From assembly GCA_031550915.1 (NCBI GenBank), contig JAVBOF010000075.1, positions 1 to 37,532 of the forward strand: a stretch of 37,532 nt of DNA. Reading direction: 5' to 3'. The DNA is from Eubacteriales bacterium. Lineage in GTDB: Bacteria > Bacillota > Clostridia > Christensenellales > MGBC116941. Shown in pieces: positions 26,951 to 34,450 of this stretch. Below the pieces are notes generated by a model. That model was not told the DNA's origin and ran no database searches. It saw only the letters and a list, made by a program, of their open reading frames with translations. Made by a program: the position numbers and the translations under genes. The stretch's first letter is position 1. The number at the start of each line of letters is the position of its first letter.

Positions 26951-27091
26951 CTATACCCTTGTACAGATTTGGCAAGCCCTCCTGTCCTTGCGCTTATATA
27001 GCTCCTTATATTTCTTGGGTATACGCTTGCCCGGCAAATGCTTACAGCAATCAATGCACCTTCCCGTGCTAACAAACAAAATCGTATCCAT
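26951..27091 (-). CDS. Small Cys-rich basic ORF (CxxC...CxxC)
   Basis: Strong RBS AGGAGG, CIDC and CQIC; the frame stays open for 29 more codons past the TAG. Confidence 0.5.
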   Translation of the reverse strand: MDTILFVSTGRCIDCCKHLPGKRIPKKYKELYKRKDRRACQICTRV

Positions 27092-27115
27092 ATAAAAACC
27101 TCCTTTGGGAGAAAT

Positions 27116-27135
27116 AAAAAAACGGCTACTTGCCG
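27116..27135 (-). terminator. Intrinsic terminator after ardA
   Basis: Minus strand CGGC-AAGTA-GCCG-TTTTTTT. Confidence 0.55.
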
Positions 27136-27152
27136 CATAACATTGAGAAATA

Positions 27153-27869
27153 TTATCTTTCAAATCCTCTGCTTTTTGGTTTTACTTTTTTCAATTCATT
27201 GCAATTAGGCTGCCTTCCATCAAAAATATCTTTGTTCAGCTGGCGTCCGAGTTTTTCTTTTGAAATCGCAAACACCTTGTATTCGTCTGGAACATTGATT
27301 CCATCATAATTTTCTTGAAACGTATTACCATTGCTTCGGATATATCCCTTCTCGGTAAACGTCCCACCGTCATCAAGGCGAATGTCGCATCCGAATCTTT
27401 CATAATCAATATAAGTTGATAAATTACCCATGTCTTTTGTATCGTAGCAGCCGCTTTCCTCAATCCAAAAATATCCAAGAGCATATTCGTCTTCGATACC
27501 ATCAATATAATCAAAACAGTCGAGATTATCTGTGAGATTAATAAGGTCTTTTAAACTGCCACAGTATTCACCTTTTGAAATTGCCGCTTCATAAGCCTGA
27601 ATCTCGTAATTTGACATATTATCTAGCTTAGAAGAAAGATAATTGAGTTCATCTATGCTGGCATATTCACTTAATAGTTTATAGATCCCATCTATCTCTG
27701 TTTCATAGTCAGTTATAAAGAATTCCTCATATCTGGCACCATCGATACCGATTCTTCGGAAAGTCTGCTTTAGGTCTTCCTTTGTAGTCGGAAAACTGTG
27801 CCATTCGCCAACGAGTTTCCCTTCTACATATTTACCTAAATTAGTAATATATGCGCTGATTATTGACAT
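27153..27869 (-). CDS. ardA: Antirestriction protein ArdA
   Basis: AYITNLGKYVEGKLVGEW, YEEFFITDYE, EYASIDELNYL, YIDYERFGCD; very acidic. Confidence 0.93.
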   Translation of the reverse strand: MSIISAYITNLGKYVEGKLVGEWHSFPTTKEDLKQTFRRIGIDGARYEEFFITDYETEIDGIYKLLSEYASIDELNYLSSKLDNMSNYEIQAYEAAISKGEYCGSLKDLINLTDNLDCFDYIDGIEDEYALGYFWIEESGCYDTKDMGNLSTYIDYERFGCDIRLDDGGTFTEKGYIRSNGNTFQENYDGINVPDEYKVFAISKEKLGRQLNKDIFDGRQPNCNELKKVKPKSRGFER

Positions 27870-27950
27870 TGATATCACTTCCTTTCAAAGTTTGTTAATG
27901 CAATAGCAAAGCGTTAGATTTGAACTCGTTTCAAGTTCTCAATTAAACTA

Positions 27951-28991
27951 TTAAATATTAGGCTGATTTGATTTGTTGTTTGCGTTAATCTCCTGCCTGT
28001 TACGGTGCTGCAAATAGAAATCAAGGGCTTTTTGTGTAATTGCAATCCGCTTTTCTTCCGGCATTTCGGGATTGAAATACCGTTCTGTAGCTTTCTCTAA
28101 TCCTAAAGCATAGCTTATCTTTTTTGTTGCTTCCTTTGGTGTAACGCCTCTGCCGAAATACTGCTTTATAGACGAAAAGTTTATCTTCGGGAATTCGTTT
28201 GAGTTCCTGTTCATCATTATTTCTTCCATGCTATCCTTGTCCAGCTTGCCCATTTCACTGAGTTTCCGCATTTCTGACGCTTGCTGTTGTGATGGGGGAA
28301 GTAACCCTTTTTCATTTCCGTCACCAGTAAGCAGCGACAACAAATCCTCCTGATTTTGTTTCGGTAGATAGGATAGCTCAACGGATGGAATAAACTTAAT
28401 CCGCCCTTCGTCTACCATATCAAGAAGCGGAGGAATCAGCTCGGTTAGGCGTATATAGCGGGATATTTGGTTTCTACTTTCACCACTTTGGTCAGCGACA
28501 ATATCTCTGGATTGCTTGCCATCATAATTCGGCCCAACTTGGGCTGAATTCTTTGAGGGCCTTCCAGCCTGCCGTTTTATAGCTTCCAGCTTCATCTTAT
28601 ATGCAAAGGCTTTCTCGCTTAAAAGTATGTTTTGCCTCTGCCCGTCAAGGTTCGTATCAACCATCATCACAATGGCGGTTTCGTTATCAACATCTTTTAC
28701 AATAGCTGGAACAAAGGCAAACTCATTTGCCCTCGCTCCTTCAAAACGCCTATGCCCCGCAATGATTTGATATCTGCCCTCATGTTCCGGATTTGGGCGT
28801 AATATGAGGGGTGACAATATCCCATGCTCCTTTATGGTCTGCGCCATTTCATCTATATTATTTATCTTAAATGGATGATGGGGGAAATGGTCTATAAAAG
28901 AAACATCTATGTTTTCTATGGTTTCTTTCGCTTTACTTGGCTCGGTTGGCTCAAAAAAGTCAACGGGTTTGATCTCTAGTTTTTTTGCCAC
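27951..28991 (-). CDS. parB: ParB/RepB/Spo0J family partition protein
   Basis: IKEHGILSPL, IIAGHRR, SEKAFAYKMKLEAIKRQAGR, QISRYIRLTELIP; GTG at 28991 fits the RBS best. Confidence 0.93.
   Translation of the reverse strand: MAKKLEIKPVDFFEPTEPSKAKETIENIDVSFIDHFPHHPFKINNIDEMAQTIKEHGILSPLILRPNPEHEGRYQIIAGHRRFEGARANEFAFVPAIVKDVDNETAIVMMVDTNLDGQRQNILLSEKAFAYKMKLEAIKRQAGRPSKNSAQVGPNYDGKQSRDIVADQSGESRNQISRYIRLTELIPPLLDMVDEGRIKFIPSVELSYLPKQNQEDLLSLLTGDGNEKGLLPPSQQQASEMRKLSEMGKLDKDSMEEIMMNRNSNEFPKINFSSIKQYFGRGVTPKEATKKISYALGLEKATERYFNPEMPEEKRIAITQKALDFYLQHRNRQEINANNKSNQPNI
28526..28550. promoter_or_regulatory. 25-bp palindrome inside parB, candidate parS
   Basis: AATTCGGCCCAACTTGGGCTGAATT, near-perfect inverted repeat. 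Confidence 0.5.
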
Positions 28992-29769
28992 AATCAACCG
29001 CCTCCTTTGTAAAGTCTCTGAACGCTTCTGTCAGCTTTCCGTTTGGATCGTATTCGTATATGCTCTTTCCCGCAACAACAGCTTCCTTTGCCTTAACGGA
29101 AAAGGGAATCATGGTTTTATATATTTTGAAATACCCGCCGCAGGATACCCGAAGGTTTTCAATCATTTTCCTTGCAAGCCTTGTTCTGGTATCGGCCATA
29201 TTTACCACGATCCCGTCGATTTTAAGGTTCGGGTTTATATTCTTTTTTACTCTGTTTATGGATTTTGTCAGCATCTCCAAGCCTTTTTGAGAAAGATATT
29301 CCGCTTGTACAGGTATAATTACGCTATCCGCTGCCACAAGGGAATTGACAGTAAGAAATCCCAAGGATGGCATTGAATCAATTAATATGTAGTCATAGTC
29401 CTCTTGGATTTCGCTTAATATATCCTTCAGCACCGATTCCCTTGAAAGTACATTTACCAAAGCTGGTTCTATACCTGAAAGCTGGATGTTAGATGGTATA
29501 AAATCAACACCCTGCGATTGCATAAGGTATTCACGAACATCCAATGGCTCATCGTTTATGGATTTCAGCATTGCGTCCGATATGGTATTTTTGAGTTCGT
29601 CCGGCTTTTGATATCCAAGGCATGTTGTGAGATTTCCCTGCGGGTCAAAGTCACAAAGTGCAACTTTGTACCCCATATTGGCAAGACCTACGCCTAAATT
29701 ATGGCTAACCGTTGTCTTTCCGACTCCGCCTTTTTGATTGGCTATAGCGATGGTTTTACATTTTTGCAT
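28960..29769 (-). CDS. parA: ParA/Soj family ATPase
   Basis: IAIANQKGGVGKTT, DFDPQGNLT, DYILIDSMPSLG, IIPVQAEY. Confidence 0.95.
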   Translation of the reverse strand: MQKCKTIAIANQKGGVGKTTVSHNLGVGLANMGYKVALCDFDPQGNLTTCLGYQKPDELKNTISDAMLKSINDEPLDVREYLMQSQGVDFIPSNIQLSGIEPALVNVLSRESVLKDILSEIQEDYDYILIDSMPSLGFLTVNSLVAADSVIIPVQAEYLSQKGLEMLTKSINRVKKNINPNLKIDGIVVNMADTRTRLARKMIENLRVSCGGYFKIYKTMIPFSVKAKEAVVAGKSIYEYDPNGKLTEAFRDFTKEAVDCGKKTRDQTR

Positions 29770-29844
29770 TGTAATGCTCCTTTTCAAGAAAATAGAATAA
29801 GCAAAATACCGGATTAAAACGCTTGTAAAGTGTAGAAAGCGGAT

Positions 29845-29873
29845 AGTTATTTGGGCTTTACGCCGATTTAACT
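29845..29873. other. Candidate attachment site (ICE right junction)
   Basis: Imperfect inverted repeat AGTTATTTGGGC-TTTAC-GCCGATTTAACT (9/12) centred where the cotJC-like coding sequence begins. Confidence 0.5.
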
Positions 29874-30143
29874 GAGGATATGGCGGCGGAGCAGAAGGCG
29901 AGGGCCGCTTACGAAAGGATACTTGATTTGACGGATGACCCGGATGTACGCGGGCCGATAAAGTTCTTACGTGAAAGGGAAGTGGTCCATTTCCAGCGTT
30001 TTGGTGAGCTGCTTAATGAGGTGCAGGGGATATTTGGCATCAGCTGCAACAAGATGATGGATATGAGGAACTATAAAGGTATGGTGGATAAAAACGCCTG
30101 CGGCATGGCCCAATATGGAATGCAAAGAGCAAGAGGAAGATAA
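29862..30143 (+). pseudogene. cotJC: 3' half of a CotJC/manganese catalase family spore-coat gene, interrupted
   Basis: ADLTEDMAAEQKARAAYERILDLTDDPDVRGPIKFLREREVVHFQRFGE matches the CotJC C-terminal half; similarity starts upstream of the ATG at 29880 and stops abruptly at ~29861. Confidence 0.85.
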
Positions 30144-30244
30144 GGGCATTTCTTGGCAAACGGCAACCGCCCGGACTACGTTAAAGGGCTGGGCTTAAAC
30201 ACTAGCAAGGAAAGCGCTATTACAGTAAATCGATGAATAACGCC

Positions 30245-30280
30245 GGCTGGCTCCGTTGTTAAATGGAGCCAGTCTGTTTT
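30245..30280 (+). terminator. Intrinsic terminator downstream of cotJC
   Basis: GGCTGGCTCCGTT...AATGGAGCCAGTC-TGTTTT. Confidence 0.7.
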
Positions 30281-30366
30281 AATTTGAATACGCGGATAAT
30301 TATTACAAAGTATATAACCATGAATAAGAATCCCGGCTTTGCTCACGTTTTCAGATATATGCCGAA

Positions 30367-30651
30367 ATGCACTGGTCTAAGCGCAAGAGGCTGGCTGAGC
30401 AGTGGCATTACATTGTGCGTGACGCGCTGAAAAAGGCTGGAGTGCCAAAGAATGTATTCCACAAGCCTGCTGAGGTTTGCATATACGTGAACAGCCGTAT
30501 GGACCGCGACAACCACAGCTATCTTTTGAAACTCATAATAGACGGGCTGAAAGGTCACGTTATCGAGGACGATTTGCGCAAGTATGTCCGGCGCACAAGC
30601 ATAGAGCTATACGGCGGCAAAGATATTTTAGTTAGTGTACAGGAGGTATAA
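30367..30651 (+). CDS. RusA-like Holliday junction resolvase, phage-type, probably 5'-truncated
   Basis: HWSKRK, DRDN..LLKLIIDGLKGHVIEDD (DxDN...K...D...DD); upstream in-frame QIYAE has no start or RBS. Confidence 0.65.
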   Translation: MHWSKRKRLAEQWHYIVRDALKKAGVPKNVFHKPAEVCIYVNSRMDRDNHSYLLKLIIDGLKGHVIEDDLRKYVRRTSIELYGGKDILVSVQEV

Positions 30652-30687
30652 GGGGTGGCGGCTAAAAAGCAATATTGCAAAGTAAAC

Positions 30688-30711
30688 AAAAAATGCGCCC
30701 GGAAGGACGCA
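30688..30711 (-). terminator. Intrinsic terminator of the zinc-ribbon gene
   Basis: Minus strand TGCGTCC-TTCC-GGGCGCA-TTTTTT. Confidence 0.7.
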
Positions 30712-30729
30712 CTTAATATCAAAAATTAT

Positions 30730-30999
30730 TTATCTTTGATTTGTAAAACAATCGCTGCAATAAATCGGTCGATCGTTTCTCGGTTGGAAAGGGATCTGGC
30801 AACTTACTCCACACGCTGCGCATGTTGCGTTGTACATCTCTCTCTGTTGCCTTCCGCTGCTTTTACGCATGTCGCGGCATGGTTTGCATCTTTGGGGCTC
30901 ATTTGTAAATCCCTTTTCGGCGAAAAAATCTTGTTCGCTTGCCGTGAAAACGAATTCCTGACCACAGTCTTTGCAAGTAATGTTTTTGTCCTGATTCAA
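30730..30999 (-). CDS. Zinc-ribbon protein (zf-trcl plus CxxC-x17-CxxC domain)
   Basis: CKDCGQEFVFTASEQDFFAEKGFTNEPQRCKPCR and CAACG...IPFQPRNDRPIYCSDCF. Confidence 0.9.
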   Translation of the reverse strand: MNQDKNITCKDCGQEFVFTASEQDFFAEKGFTNEPQRCKPCRDMRKSSGRQQREMYNATCAACGVSCQIPFQPRNDRPIYCSDCFTNQR

Positions 31000-31049
31000 T
31001 TAGAATACCTCGTTTAATAAATTATGCCTTTGTTGCGGCATTGATTATA

Positions 31050-31078
31050 ATAATACACGGAATGTACTTCGAAGTCAA
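31050..31078 (-). promoter_or_regulatory. Putative sigma-A promoter of the zinc-ribbon gene
   Basis: TTGACT-17 nt-TATTAT. Confidence 0.6.
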
Positions 31079-31131
31079 ATTTTATTGGTATTGAAGTGGA
31101 GACATCTTGGATAAAACCTAGTACAGCAATT

Positions 31132-31170
31132 AAAACAATAACCGCCTGATGTTGGCGCAGCAAGCGGCTA
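31132..31170 (-). terminator. Probable terminator of the SDR gene
   Basis: Minus strand TAGCCGCTTG...CAGGCGGTTA-TTGTTTT. Confidence 0.55.
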
Positions 31171-31245
31171 TACCGTATGTTGTATCTGGATGCCTTGGTT
31201 ATATACAATATGCGGGAGGTTTACACATTTTTTAGGCACTAACAA

Positions 31246-31965
31246 CTAAAACAGTTTTGTATAGATAGAATTAGGTAGCCTCTTTAATATGAAAGCAATT
31301 AACGCCCACCTTTTCGTTATATATACTGATTTCTTTTTTGAATTAATTGCTTTATATATTTGATGACCCGCTACGGATACAGGCGTCACCCAAAACAGCC
31401 CATCGCCCTGTGCCATAGCGGTATCCATAAATCCAGGCTTTATATCTGTAATAGAAATATTGGCTCCTCTCTTTTTCACTTTACATTGCATACCTTCCAG
31501 ATAATTTGATATAAAAGACTTTGAAGCATTATAGGCAGGGCACTCGGAGCTTCCTCTAAGTGAAGCAATTGACGAAATAACAGCAAGATGGCCGCTTCCC
31601 TTTAATTGAAAATAATTCACGGATGTGCAAATCAGTGATGTCACGCCTGTAACATTTGTATTTATCGTCTCTAATTCCAAATTCCATTCCAGTTCCTTAT
31701 TCGTATATCCGGTTCCAGAACTAATAACGATTAAGTCAACTCCGCCCATCTCAGTAATAAGATCTTCTAATTGCAATTTAGATATCTTGCAATCAGTTAT
31801 GTCCATGTATTTTACAATCGAATCAAAAGGAAGGTTTGATTTCAGTTCTTCAAGCAATTCAATACGTCTTCCCGTTAGTCCAAGCAAAATTTTATCTTTT
31901 GAAAACTGTTTTGCAAGTTCTTTTCCTATCCCGCTGCTTGCACCAATGATAATTGCTTTTATCAT
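31246..31965 (-). CDS. Short-chain dehydrogenase/reductase
   Basis: IIGASSGIG, ISS, YNASK, IKPGFMDT; start at MIKAII. Confidence 0.92.
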   Translation of the reverse strand: MIKAIIIGASSGIGKELAKQFSKDKILLGLTGRRIELLEELKSNLPFDSIVKYMDITDCKISKLQLEDLITEMGGVDLIVISSGTGYTNKELEWNLELETINTNVTGVTSLICTSVNYFQLKGSGHLAVISSIASLRGSSECPAYNASKSFISNYLEGMQCKVKKRGANISITDIKPGFMDTAMAQGDGLFWVTPVSVAGHQIYKAINSKKKSVYITKRWALIAFILKRLPNSIYTKLF

Positions 31966-32170
31966 ATATACACATCCTAATATATACGTTATAATCGCGG
32001 TATTCCAGTACCGCAATGGTTTTCGCTCCGGTATGGGTTATTGGAATAATCTACTTATACAGATATCATACTTGTTTACGTCAATAAATCAATATGATCA
32101 TTATCCAAATACATATGCAATAGAGCTAGTAGATTATTTATAATTGGCAAAATGCAGTCGAAAAGAGAGA

Positions 32171-32531
32171 ATGAGTGAGTATTCGTTAGCAGGGGTGGTT
32201 AGGGGTTACTGCGGATGAGCTTTTGAAGAATTATCTATCCAAAAAAAGTAGTTCTATGACTATTGATTATGGAGCACTTGTCAATAATGACTCAAAAGTT
32301 AAAGAAAAAATAAATGATGAACTTGGTACTATGACCAAGTTCATGCAAAGTAATTCCAGTAAGTTTGGTACGAGTTATAAGAATGTTAACTCTACCAATT
32401 GGAACAAAATAACAAGCGTATCAACTAATTCTATGAAATTTGCTTTGAATAAACATCATTTTAGATTATCTGCAAGAGTCAAAAAAATCAGACCAAAAGT
32501 GCTTGATACAACCCGAAGACCGGGCGGTTTA
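32171..32531 (+). pseudogene. Degenerate Rhs-locus remnant (possible toxin-tip fragment joined to 25 bp of Rhs core)
   Basis: 32507-32531 is identical to the Rhs core at 2945-2969 and 5292-5316; preceded by a start-less frame (TADELLKNYLSKK...). Confidence 0.55.
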
Positions 32532-32564
32532 AAATGGTTTCGAGGAAGCCAAGCGGTTTAAGAG

Positions 32565-33530
32565 TTACTCACTCTTTCGCTGATACAACGATTGTGGGCT
32601 AACCACCTCGTCCACTATGAATACAGGACGGTTGCGTGAAGCATCGAGTGTACGCCAAAGGTATTCAGCAATAATGCCTAAAGAAAGGTTTGTAAGCCCA
32701 AACCCGATGAGTATAATGCTAATTAGAGTGGGCCAGCCCGCCTGATAAGGAAATATATTAAATATCTTTACTACTAAAGTATGTAATGCGACTATAAAGC
32801 CTATTATTGCAAATACAATTCCCAAAATGCTTACAAATCTTATGGGTGCAAATGAAAAAGCAACAAACGAATCTATAAACATCTTTATCTTTTTGGATAG
32901 CACCCATTTTGATTGACCCTTTGTACGGGCTGCGTAATCAACATCGATTATCGCACATTTAAATCCGAGATTAATTATTTGCAAAATAATTGATGAATTA
33001 GCTTCAATATGTGTATTAAGATGATCTTTAATCTTATTATTAAACATTACATTATTGACACCCTTTTGGGGATAGTATGGAATTGCAAATCGCCTTATTG
33101 CTTTCGAATAAATACTTGAAGTAATGCGGGCGAACCCGGAGACATTCACTTCTCTCTTTTGAGCGCATACAAGATCATGGCCTTCTAATATCTTCTCATA
33201 CATTTCGCTTACCATGCTCAAGGGTTCCTGCATGTCAGCACCCATAAATACACATACCGGCGCGGATGCATTGAGTAATCCTGCGCGCGTTGCCGCATGC
33301 GATCCGAAATTTCTGGAGAGTTTGACCAGTTTAATTGTAAAATTACTAATTTTTTGGTTTTCCAATACCTCTATAGACCTATCAGTAGAACCATCATCAA
33401 CAAAAACCACCTCAATATTATACTCTTTTTGAGAAGCGAAAATTTCCAAACATTTGCAAAGAGGCTCAATGTTCTCTTCTTCATTTAGGAAAGAAATAAT
33501 TATAGATAGGTCCGGATACATAAACTCCAC
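32565..33530 (-). CDS. Glycosyltransferase family 2 (GtrB/DPM1-like, polyprenol-phosphate type)
   Basis: FVDDGSTD, LSRNFGSH, ADMQEP, two C-terminal TMs, EYLWR...RNRPVFIV. Confidence 0.92.
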   Translation of the reverse strand: MEFMYPDLSIIISFLNEEENIEPLCKCLEIFASQKEYNIEVVFVDDGSTDRSIEVLENQKISNFTIKLVKLSRNFGSHAATRAGLLNASAPVCVFMGADMQEPLSMVSEMYEKILEGHDLVCAQKREVNVSGFARITSSIYSKAIRRFAIPYYPQKGVNNVMFNNKIKDHLNTHIEANSSIILQIINLGFKCAIIDVDYAARTKGQSKWVLSKKIKMFIDSFVAFSFAPIRFVSILGIVFAIIGFIVALHTLVVKIFNIFPYQAGWPTLISIILIGFGLTNLSLGIIAEYLWRTLDASRNRPVFIVDEVVSPQSLYQRKSE

Positions 33531-33542
33531 CTCAGATTCTAA

Positions 33543-34436
33543 TTATCTTATACTCTTAATATGGTTTAAAAATCTATCGTGTTGAATAGCAAAATTTCCA
33601 CTCACATGCTGTCCTTCATTAACATCTGTCGTAACAACTGATCCAAGCGAAATACGAGCCCAATCGCCTATCCTCTGGTGGGATACAGTTGAACCAGGGC
33701 CAACCATCACATTATCGCCAAATATTGCGGAACCGCAAATTACAGATCCCGCAATAATAAAACAATTTTTGCCCGTTTTACATGCATGGGATATATGTGT
33801 GAGATTATCAATTTTAGTTCCATTTCCCAAAATGGTATTATCCCACGTAAAAACTGCTTTATCGACACAGGTATTATAGCCTATTTCTACTTTTTTACCT
33901 ATAACGACTCCGCCACAATGTGTAACCGACAATATGTCGTTGTTTTCAAGCCTCTTATATTCAAATCCCTCTCCGCCAATTACGACCCCTGCCCTTATAT
34001 TGACATCAGCTCCAATTGAGACGTCCTCTTTTATACTAACAAATTCTTCTATAATGCAATTTTGTCCTATGTTTACATTAAATGGAGCAATATATGCCAA
34101 AGGGCTAATAATAGCGCTTTCGTGGATAAATGTGGGTTTCTTATCTCTCCTGTAGCTTTTTTCCTGGCAAAGAATATTATGCAAATTAAAGAAATCAGTT
34201 CTTGGATTTGCCGTTACTGCAATTCCAATATCATCTCTATTTATTTTTTTAAGCAGTTTATCAGTACAAAAAATGCAAGAAATGCTTTCGTTATCATCTA
34301 TTTCATTTAAGTATTTTTCATCTTCAATAAAAGTAAGTGATTTTGTAGGTGCTTTTAACTTGCTCATTGTAAGTGCAAAAAACGCGCCGTCTTTAATAAG
34401 TTTCATATCCTTTTGAAGCCATTCCGACAAAAACAT
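33543..34436 (-). CDS. LpxD-like hexapeptide-repeat acyltransferase
   Basis: Hexapeptide repeats, IGGEGF, HCGGVVIG, TKIDNLTHISH. Confidence 0.85.
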   Translation of the reverse strand: MFLSEWLQKDMKLIKDGAFFALTMSKLKAPTKSLTFIEDEKYLNEIDDNESISCIFCTDKLLKKINRDDIGIAVTANPRTDFFNLHNILCQEKSYRRDKKPTFIHESAIISPLAYIAPFNVNIGQNCIIEEFVSIKEDVSIGADVNIRAGVVIGGEGFEYKRLENNDILSVTHCGGVVIGKKVEIGYNTCVDKAVFTWDNTILGNGTKIDNLTHISHACKTGKNCFIIAGSVICGSAIFGDNVMVGPGSTVSHQRIGDWARISLGSVVTTDVNEGQHVSGNFAIQHDRFLNHIKSIR

Positions 34437-34450
34437 CTAATCACCCCATC

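Larger units (their letters stand above)
5670..29860 (-). mobile_element. ICE backbone (Gram-positive T4SS, MOBP-type relaxase); left boundary not determined
   Basis: Co-directional parA, parB, ardA, repA_N, adhesin, Toprim, oriT, mobC, relaxase, pcfB, virD4, virB2/6/3/4-like, NlpC/P60, sortase; right end abuts a truncated cotJC. No integrase in the window. Confidence 0.9.

Noticed and set aside
6142-29376. Numerous + strand and nested ORFs overlapping ICE genes (e.g. 16616..17266, 15285..15674, 28909..29376)
   Set aside because: Antisense or alternate-frame shadows of well-supported genes, with no motifs or RBS.
29880-30143. Independent 87 aa protein as in the ORF track
   Set aside because: The ATG is internal; CotJC similarity extends upstream of it.
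30144-30244. Riboswitch or small ORF after cotJC
   Set aside because: GGCAAAC is present but the rest of the c-di-GMP-I consensus is not; the 27-codon TTG frame has no support.
31088-31212. 6S or SRP RNA
   Set aside because: Too short for 6S and lacks the SRP domain IV motif.
33543-34436. True lpxD / lipid A synthesis
   Set aside because: The context is a sortase- and spore-gene-bearing organism with glycan-modification neighbours, so it is called LpxD-like only.
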